A stretch of DNA of 64,000 nucleotides, from the NCBI GenBank assembly GCA_964468125.1, contig CAYXVF010000016.1:5538-69537 (forward strand). The letters are read 5' to 3'. This DNA comes from an uncultured Bdellovibrionales bacterium (GTDB lineage Bacteria; Myxococcota; XYA12-FULL-58-9; CAYXVF01). The notes below the pieces were generated by a model. That model searched no databases and was not told where the DNA came from. It saw only the letters and a list, made by a program, of their open reading frames with translations. Of the stretch, positions 57,907 to 64,000 are shown one piece after another. The translations under genes were made by a program, and so were the position numbers. Positions within the stretch are counted from its first letter, which is position 1, and each line of letters opens with the position of its first letter.

Positions 57907-58989
57907 ATGAGCAAGCGCGCCTTCAACTTCTCCCCCGGGCCGAGCGCTCTTCCCACCGAGGTGCTCAAGCGCGCCCAAGCCGAGCTCTTGGATTTCAAAG
58001 GGTCCGGCATGTCGATCATGGAAATGAGCCATCGCAGCCCCGCCTATGAAGCGGTGCACGATGGAGCGATCTCCAATCTCCGAACTCTCATGGGCATCTC
58101 CGAGGACTACGCGGTCCTCTTCATGGGCGGTGGCGCTCGCACGCAGTTCGCTCTCGTACCCTACAACCTCGGCCTCCGGGATCGTCCAAGCGACTACATT
58201 CTCACCGGGACCTGGTCGGAAGGGGCGGCGCACGAGGCGGGCAAGCTCGGTGCGGCCAAGACGGTTTGGAGCGGGGCGGACGGCGGTTACCGTCACGTGC
58301 CTCGCGATGATGAGGTCGAGGCGAGCGACGCTGCCGCCTATCTGCACTACACGAGCAACAACACCATTTACGGAACTCAGTTCCCTCACGTTCCCGAGGT
58401 CTCGAAGGCTCCGCTGGTTTGCGACATGTCGTCCGACATTCTATCCCGGCCGGTCGACGTCTCTCGTTTTGGGCTGATCTACGCCGGCGCCCAGAAGAAC
58501 ATGGGGCCCTCGGGAGTGACCGTGGTGATCGTCCGGCGTGATCTGCTCGAACGGGTTCCGGAGGACATTCCGGAGCTGTGGAGCTACGCGAAGATCGCGG
58601 CCAAGAACTCCCTGCTCAACACCCCGCCGACCTTCCCGATCTACATGGTCAAGTTGGTCACCGATTGGCTGTTGGAACGCGGCGGGCTCAGCGCGATGGC
58701 GGAGCGCAACGAAACAAAGGCGCGGCTCCTCTACGACGCGATCGACGGCGAGTTCTATCGCCCCCACGCGGACGCGGAATCGCGGTCGCGAATGAATGTC
58801 ACCTTTCGTTTGCCCTCCGAGGAGCTGGAACGACGCTTCGTCGATGCCTGCACCGAGCGTGGGCTACTGAGTGTCAAAGGACACCGCTCAGTGGGGGGCA
58901 TTCGCGCGTCGATCTATAACGCGGTGCCCCAGGATGCGGTCGAAGCATTGGTGACCGAAATGGTCGATTTCAGCTCCAGACACGGCTGA
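57907..58989 (+). CDS. serC: Phosphoserine aminotransferase
   Basis: FNFSPGPSALP N-terminus. Class V aminotransferase pattern including the conserved Lys region (YAGAQKNMGPSGVTVV). Confidence 0.9.
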   Translation: MSKRAFNFSPGPSALPTEVLKRAQAELLDFKGSGMSIMEMSHRSPAYEAVHDGAISNLRTLMGISEDYAVLFMGGGARTQFALVPYNLGLRDRPSDYILTGTWSEGAAHEAGKLGAAKTVWSGADGGYRHVPRDDEVEASDAAAYLHYTSNNTIYGTQFPHVPEVSKAPLVCDMSSDILSRPVDVSRFGLIYAGAQKNMGPSGVTVVIVRRDLLERVPEDIPELWSYAKIAAKNSLLNTPPTFPIYMVKLVTDWLLERGGLSAMAERNETKARLLYDAIDGEFYRPHADAESRSRMNVTFRLPSEELERRFVDACTERGLLSVKGHRSVGGIRASIYNAVPQDAVEALVTEMVDFSSRHG

Positions 58990-59011
58990 GAGTTGCAAGT
59001 CGATTAATCAG

Positions 59012-59030
59012 GTCGCAGACGTTCTGCGAC
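59012..59030 (+). terminator. Possible intrinsic terminator hairpin after serC
   Basis: Perfect 7-bp inverted repeat GTCGCAG-acgtt-CTGCGAC followed by ATAAT. Weak U-tract. Confidence 0.3.
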
Positions 59031-59129
59031 ATAATGGCGCAGGACACGGCCGAAGACGACATTCATGCGTCAGCATCGTTGGCACGCACTTCGCAATCAA
59101 ACCACCCACCGCTTCTTGGGGAGGGCACA

Positions 59130-59786
59130 ATGCAAACAGTAGAGTCGGGGTCCCACGACCCTTTGATCGAGATCCTTGCGCGCTTGGAGCGTCGCCTCGA
59201 CCGGTTGGAATCGCGCCTGGAGCCGGTTTTTGCTGTCGTCGACAACGCTAACGCGGGGATCGCCGCGTTTACCGACACCGTCGACGAAAAACTGGCCGCG
59301 ATCAGCCGCTTTGACGAGCGCCTCGAAAAGGCGGCGGAGCTGGTGGAGCTTCTCACCGAGCCCGAGACGTTGGAAAAGCTACACACCGCGGTGCGCCAGT
59401 TCGAGGAGATGCCGAAGCTGGTCGCGACCACCGGCGACGTAGTCGACGAGTGGATGAAGGAAGCGGCGGCGGACGGCGTCAACGTGGGCGAGCTCGCCGA
59501 ATCGCTCAACCACTTCACCATAGTCGTGCTGCGTCTGCTCACCAACGAGCGCTTTCGTTGCATGCTCGAGCGCTCAATTCTCACCGTCGAGAGCTTCGTG
59601 CCTCTCGAGGCGTTGGCGGACGGCGCGAAGGCAACCCTCAACGGCGATCCGAAGCCGGTGGGCCTGTTCGGAGCGATGGGCGCCATGCGCGATCCGGACA
59701 TCCAGCTGGCGGTCGGCTTCGCCCTCGAGACCGGCAAGATCGTCGGCAAGGCGATCCGCCGAGCCGTGGAAGAGAACAAGGCTTAG
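59130..59786 (+). CDS. DUF1641 domain protein
   Basis: GGGGAGGG ribosome-binding site then ATG 59130. Helical protein. Typical partner of SQR-type flavoproteins. Confidence 0.6.
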   Translation: MQTVESGSHDPLIEILARLERRLDRLESRLEPVFAVVDNANAGIAAFTDTVDEKLAAISRFDERLEKAAELVELLTEPETLEKLHTAVRQFEEMPKLVATTGDVVDEWMKEAAADGVNVGELAESLNHFTIVVLRLLTNERFRCMLERSILTVESFVPLEALADGAKATLNGDPKPVGLFGAMGAMRDPDIQLAVGFALETGKIVGKAIRRAVEENKA

Positions 59787-59862
59787 CACGATCGGAGGCT
59801 CGCTTCACCGAGCCTCCGGGCAAAACGATTCGCACACGCCGAATCCTGGGGAGGAACATTCA

Positions 59863-61047
59863 ATGTCACATCATGAACTCGTCATCGTCGGCGCTGGGAC
59901 CGCCGGTCTCACGGTCGCGTCTCAACTGTTGAATCAAGCGCCGAATCTCGACATTGCGGTGATCGAGCCATCGGACAAGCACTACTACCAGCCGATTTGG
60001 ACCCTGGTCGGCGCTGGGGTCTTCGATCGCTACAGCTCCGAGCGTCCCCAGGCGTCGGTCATGCCGCCGGAGTGCACCTGGATCAAAGAGCGCGTCGTTT
60101 CGTTCAATCCGGAAAAGAACGAGGTCGTCACCGACGGAAAAGAGCCGGTGAGCTACGACTACTTGGTGGTCGCCGCCGGCATCAAGCTCGACTGGGATCG
60201 GGTCAAGGGCTTGCGAGACGCGCTGGGCAAGAACGGCGTGAGCTCGAACTACTCCTTCGACACGGTCGAGAAGACCTGGGATTTCATTCAGGCCACCAAG
60301 TCAGGAAACGCCCTGTTCACCTTCCCTAGCACCCCGATCAAGTGCGCCGGAGCGCCGCAGAAGATCATGTACCTCGCCGAGGAGCACTGGCGGAAGGTTG
60401 GAGTGCGCCCGCAGGTGGATGTGACGTACATGTGCGCGGGCGCAGCGATCTTTGGCGTACCGAAGTATCGCAAGGCGCTCGAGAAGATCGTCGAGGAGCG
60501 CGACATTCGCTGCGAGTTCAAGCAGGACCTCGTCGAGATCCGAGCGGACGCAAAGGAGGCGGTGTTCCGTCACCTCGAAAGCGGCGAAGAAACGGTCAAG
60601 TCCTACGAGATGATTCACGTCACCCCGCACCAGTGCGCGCCGGACTTCATTTCCGAGTCCGCCCTCGCCGGCGAAGGTGGCTGGGTCGAAGTGGACAAAC
60701 ACACCACGCAGCACACCCGTTTTTCCAACGTCTTCTCGCTCGGCGACTGCAGCAGCCTACCGACCAGCAAGACCGGGGCGGCGATTCGAAAGCAAGCACC
60801 GGTGTTGGTGGAGAACTTGTTGGCGGTACGCAACGATGAGCCGGTTATCGCACACTATGACGGCTATGCGTCCTGTCCGCTCGTGACGGGTCGTGGAAAG
60901 GTGATCCTCGCCGAGTTCGGTTACGACGGGAAAATCATGGAGTCCTTCCCGTTCGATCAGTCCGAGGAGCGCTACTCGATGTATGCTCTGAAGGCGTACG
61001 GCCTCCCCAAGATGTACTGGCACGGAATGCTGAAGGGGCGCGTCTAG
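59863..61047 (+). CDS. NAD(P)/FAD-dependent oxidoreductase, sulfide:quinone oxidoreductase-like
   Basis: 394 aa. LVIVGAGTAGLTVA dinucleotide motif. Second GxGxxG-like region. Conserved Cys (IKCAGAPQK, SLGDCSSLP) as in the SQR/FCSD family. Confidence 0.7.
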   Translation: MSHHELVIVGAGTAGLTVASQLLNQAPNLDIAVIEPSDKHYYQPIWTLVGAGVFDRYSSERPQASVMPPECTWIKERVVSFNPEKNEVVTDGKEPVSYDYLVVAAGIKLDWDRVKGLRDALGKNGVSSNYSFDTVEKTWDFIQATKSGNALFTFPSTPIKCAGAPQKIMYLAEEHWRKVGVRPQVDVTYMCAGAAIFGVPKYRKALEKIVEERDIRCEFKQDLVEIRADAKEAVFRHLESGEETVKSYEMIHVTPHQCAPDFISESALAGEGGWVEVDKHTTQHTRFSNVFSLGDCSSLPTSKTGAAIRKQAPVLVENLLAVRNDEPVIAHYDGYASCPLVTGRGKVILAEFGYDGKIMESFPFDQSEERYSMYALKAYGLPKMYWHGMLKGRV

Positions 61048-61129
61048 CGTTGCGGTCTCCGCCGGGTTTGATCCGGTTTGAGACGAGCGATGACGTCGAA
61101 TGCGCTTCCTCGCGGCGGGCGGTCGGGCT

Positions 61130-61420
61130 TCACCGACCGTCCGCCGCTCTTGCGTGGAGCACGAGCGAGTCGTCGGTGTCAGCATCCGTCTCATCAGGCA
61201 AGCTCGCGAGCATCTCGTCGTAGGTCGCCCAGACTTCGCGCGCGCGAGCTTCGCTGAGCTTTTCAATCGCCTGACCGAGGTGGACCGCCACGTAGTCGCC
61301 GGGCTGAATCTCCTCGAATTGGAGCATGAAGAGACTCACGTCCCTCACCGTTCCGCGCGCTTCGCACCGTGCGACGAACCCGTCGATCGACTCAATCTTC
61401 ATTGGCACAGCAAAGCACAT
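61130..61420 (-). CDS. hypC: Hydrogenase maturation factor HypC/HupF
   Basis: N-terminus MCFAVPMKI (MC-x-x-x-P signature). Conserved GDYVAVHLGQAIE. Acidic C-terminal tail. Confidence 0.75.
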   Translation of the reverse strand: MCFAVPMKIESIDGFVARCEARGTVRDVSLFMLQFEEIQPGDYVAVHLGQAIEKLSEARAREVWATYDEMLASLPDETDADTDDSLVLHARAADGR

Positions 61421-61531
61421 GGGGCGACTCCTCCGCCGTCAACTAAGGCACAGTTTGGGCCCCGGTGGCATGACATTCATCAAGGCAGGCATCGCTTGAA
61501 TGTAATCATATGGCGCCGCTGGGAGGGCTGG

Positions 61532-62023
61532 GTGAACGACGCACTCGTATTGGCGATTGGCAACTCGATCAGAACAGATGACGGCGCGGGCCCGCACGCA
61601 GTAGAGCGCTCTAAGCGCGAGCTCTACGGAGAGGCGGTGGAGTGGATGGACGGCGGAACGCTCAGCTTCACCCTCTTGCCATCGATCAGTGGACGCGATG
61701 CGCTCGTCGTGGTTGACGCCGCGGACCTCGGAGAGCCTTCGGGGACAGTGAGTGTTGCGATGGGCCCGGAGATGGATCGGCTACTCTCGCGTGGCAAGCT
61801 CAGCACCGCGCACGAAGTGAGCTTGACCGACCTCCTCGCCACAGCCGCTCTCGTTGGCCAGCTCCCGGTGCGGCGCGCGCTCGTGTGCATTCAGCCGGAG
61901 TATACGGGGTGGGGTACGGAGCCCACGGAGACGGTCGCTCGGGCGATCCCCAAAGCCTGCGACGCGATCCGCGAGATTCTCGAGGAATGGGGCTTCGTTC
62001 TCGAAGACAGGAGCGCCGCATGA
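61532..62023 (+). CDS. [NiFe] hydrogenase maturation endopeptidase (HyaD/HoxM family)
   Basis: GTG 61532 after GGGAGGG. ALVLAIGNSIRTDDGAGPHAV matches the protease consensus. No in-frame ATG upstream of the motif. Confidence 0.7.
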   Translation: MNDALVLAIGNSIRTDDGAGPHAVERSKRELYGEAVEWMDGGTLSFTLLPSISGRDALVVVDAADLGEPSGTVSVAMGPEMDRLLSRGKLSTAHEVSLTDLLATAALVGQLPVRRALVCIQPEYTGWGTEPTETVARAIPKACDAIREILEEWGFVLEDRSAA

Positions 62024-62394
62024 TGGCCCGAGCCTTGTTGACCGAGATTCTCGCGGCGCTCGAGACCCTCGCCGAGCGCGAACACACGGAGGTCATCGAC
62101 CTTCGCAGTCTACCCATGTCTCCGCAGGACCGCGAAGAGCTCGAAGAAATGCTGGGCCGAGGAGAGGTTAAAGCCTCGATCAGCGCCGCCGGGGACACGG
62201 AAATATTCGAAACTCAGTTCCCAGGCGTGTGGTGGGTCCGGCATCGGGGTTCGACGGACGAGATCGTGTACGAAGCGATCGAAGTGACGCGATGCCCGGA
62301 GCTGCTCTCCGCGCCCGTAGACGACGTCAGGGATTCGGCGCGGGAGTTACGCAGCTTTCTCGCCGAGGGAGGAGAAGACACGCATGCGACATGA
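62020..62394 (+). CDS. Small hydrogenase-cluster protein (possible assembly chaperone)
   Basis: 125 aa, acidic. ATGATG start overlaps the protease TGA. 3' end overlaps the small-subunit start by 11 nt. No confident family assignment. Confidence 0.4.
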   Translation: MMARALLTEILAALETLAEREHTEVIDLRSLPMSPQDREELEEMLGRGEVKASISAAGDTEIFETQFPGVWWVRHRGSTDEIVYEAIEVTRCPELLSAPVDDVRDSARELRSFLAEGGEDTHAT

Positions 62395-63490
62395 TGAAAC
62401 CGCGGGGGAAGCACTACGCCGTCGAGGAATATCACGCCGCGCTTTCATCAAGCTCGGCTCTTTCGTGGCGAGCAGTCTCGCTCTCGTTCCGAGCGCGGCG
62501 GCGGAGATCGCGCAGGCCCTGGCGGCCGCTAAGCGCCGATCGGTGATCTGGCTCTCGTTCCAAGAGTGCACTGGGTGCACCGAGTCGATCCTGCGCTCGC
62601 ACAGTCCGACCCTCGAGGAGCTGATCTTCGACTTCGTTTCCCTCGACTATCACCACGCGCTGCAAGCGGTTTCCGGCCATGCCGCGGAGAAAGCGCGCGA
62701 AGACGCGATCCGTGAGCACAAAGGCAGGTACCTGGTGATCGTCGACGGCTCGATCCCGCTGAAGGACGGCGGCGTTTATTCGACCATCGCCGGCGTTACG
62801 AATGTTCAAATGTTCGAGGAGACGGTGAAGGATGCGTTCGCGGTGATCGCGCTCGGCACCTGCGCCGCGTTCGGCGGTATTCCCTACGCCAAGCCGAACC
62901 CCACCGGCGCGGTGCCGGTCAGCGAGATCATCCCAGAGGGAATCCCCCTGATCAATGTGTCCGGTTGCCCGCCGATGCCGACGGTGATCACCGGTGTCCT
63001 GAGCCACGTGCTGGCGTTTGGGACACCACCGGAGCTCGACCATCTGAAGCGACCGCTCGCCTTTTTTGGCGAATCGATTCACGACCGCTGCTATCGCCGC
63101 CCGTTCTACAACGAGGGCAAGTTCGCCGAGAGCTTTGACGACGAAGGCGCGCGCAAGGGCTATTGCCTCTATCGCGTCGGCTGCAAGGGACCCATCGCCT
63201 ACAACGCCTGCGCCACCCTGAAGTGGAACAATGGTGCCTCTTTCCCGATCGAGTCGGGCCACGGGTGCCTGGGCTGCTCGGAGCCGAACTTCTGGGACAT
63301 GGGTGGGTTCTACAAACCGTTGGCGGCGGGCACCTGGGACGACGGAACGCGCACGCAGACCTTTGCTCAGGCTGTGGGGGGCGGGATCGTGCTCGGCGCG
63401 GGGGCAGCGGCCCTCGGGCGCTTGAAGCAGAAGCGTGTGGCCGCGGAAGACGCCGCGATCGAAGAGCAAAAAGCGAAGGGAGAGGCGTGA
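62384..63490 (+). CDS. [NiFe] hydrogenase small subunit (Tat-dependent)
   Basis: Twin-arginine signal ISRRAFIKLG. Proximal cluster Cys motifs (ECTGCTES, GTCA..GG, GCPP). Distal cluster HDRCY...CKGP...C. No C-terminal TM anchor. Confidence 0.9.
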   Translation: MRHDETAGEALRRRGISRRAFIKLGSFVASSLALVPSAAAEIAQALAAAKRRSVIWLSFQECTGCTESILRSHSPTLEELIFDFVSLDYHHALQAVSGHAAEKAREDAIREHKGRYLVIVDGSIPLKDGGVYSTIAGVTNVQMFEETVKDAFAVIALGTCAAFGGIPYAKPNPTGAVPVSEIIPEGIPLINVSGCPPMPTVITGVLSHVLAFGTPPELDHLKRPLAFFGESIHDRCYRRPFYNEGKFAESFDDEGARKGYCLYRVGCKGPIAYNACATLKWNNGASFPIESGHGCLGCSEPNFWDMGGFYKPLAAGTWDDGTRTQTFAQAVGGGIVLGAGAAALGRLKQKRVAAEDAAIEEQKAKGEA

Positions 63491-64000
63491 TGGAACCTCA
63501 CGAGCTGTTGGCGTTCGCCCGGGGACCCGCGTTGAAAGCGTCGCTCATCGTGTTCGCGGTCGCGGCGACCTGGCGCTTGGTCGCCATCTTCTTGTTGCCC
63601 GGCTCGAAGGATCTCACGAGCGGCCGACCTGGGGTGAGCGAGGTCGGCGGCGCGGTACGAAAAATGTTCCAGGTTCTGCCGCACAAGCCGTTCCGGGACC
63701 GAGGCCTCTTCGTGAACCTGAACGCCTGGGTCTTTCATTTCGGACTCTTGTTCATCGTGCTGCTGGGCACACCGCACATCCTCTTCCTCGGCGATTTCCT
63801 GGGATTCACTTGGCCGGGCCTGCCGAAGGGGGTGATCGACGTGATCAGCGTCGTGACCCTGGCGTCGCTCATCGCGATTCTCGTGTATCGGGTGCAGTAC
63901 AAAGTCACACGCTTGCTGTCGGGATTTGACGACTACTTCTCCTGGCTCGTGACTTTTCTGCCGGTACTGACCGGGCTTCTCGCCACATTCAAAATCGGCG
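63490..64000 (+). CDS. NarI-like di-haem cytochrome b membrane subunit (Isp1-like), 5' partial at window end
   Basis: Start overlaps the small-subunit stop (GTGATG). Polytopic with conserved His in helices (HKPF, HFGLLFIV, TPHILF). Its position directly after the small subunit suggests an Isp-type (HynS-Isp1-Isp2-HynL) arrangement. Continues beyond the window. Confidence 0.55.
   Translation, partial: MEPHELLAFARGPALKASLIVFAVAATWRLVAIFLLPGSKDLTSGRPGVSEVGGAVRKMFQVLPHKPFRDRGLFVNLNAWVFHFGLLFIVLLGTPHILFLGDFLGFTWPGLPKGVIDVISVVTLASLIAILVYRVQYKVTRLLSGFDDYFSWLVTFLPVLTGLLATFKIG

Noticed and set aside
1-64000. CRISPR arrays, rRNA, tRNA, IS elements, integrases
   Set aside because: I saw no regularly spaced short repeats, no rRNA-like conserved stretches, no cloverleaf-compatible segments in the few intergenic regions, and no transposase or integrase-like ORFs. 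The only repeat pair found is the 28-mer at 48485 and 49256.

Overview
This is a high-GC (about 68-70%) bacterial chromosome segment. Codon usage and gene content (GldA/F/G-type ABC operon with DUF4340, many lipoproteins, TonB-dependent receptors) are consistent with a delta-proteobacterium or myxobacterium. It is densely coding on both strands, with about 60 genes, many joined by ATGA/GTGA/TTGA overlaps. I found no rRNA, tRNA, CRISPR array, transposase or integrase.

Core genes recognised from motifs:
- thiE, thiD and a PurM-like thiL candidate
- metK, uppP, a Nudix CoA pyrophosphatase, phosphomannomutase, a ROK glucokinase, tyrA, tkt, serC
- an Lhr-type ligase-associated DNA-damage operon (MBL exonuclease, ATP-dependent DNA ligase, DEXH helicase, with PdeM 6.7 kb downstream)
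- two MacB/Gld-type ABC systems
- a DUF1641 plus SQR-like pair
- the start of an Isp-type [NiFe] hydrogenase locus (hypC, maturation protease, small subunit with Tat signal, NarI-like cytochrome b)

Observations most worth a second look:
1. A lipoprotein with a complete eukaryotic-like Ser/Thr kinase motif set is translationally coupled to a POTRA-less Omp85-like barrel, with a second Omp85 barrel divergent.
2. A 743-bp nucleotidyltransferase two-gene cassette, on the opposite strand, sits exactly between two 28-bp direct repeats that duplicate the ribosome-binding site and start of the protoporphyrinogen oxidase gene. This looks like a mobile toxin-antitoxin-like insertion.
3. A class II CPD photolyase is fused in-frame to a renalase-like FAD oxidoreductase and overlaps the first gene of the Lhr repair operon.
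4. A GT2 polyprenol-phosphate glycosyltransferase gene has lost about 90 codons (its transmembrane segment) but keeps the GTGA coupling to the downstream methyltransferase.
5. uppP has no in-frame ATG or GTG start; a perfect ribosome-binding site sits 6 nt before an ATC codon.
6. A sulfatase-family lipoprotein has Thr, not Cys/Ser, at the formylglycine position.
7. A HIT/GalT-like gene survives only as a 5'-truncated, frameshifted remnant.
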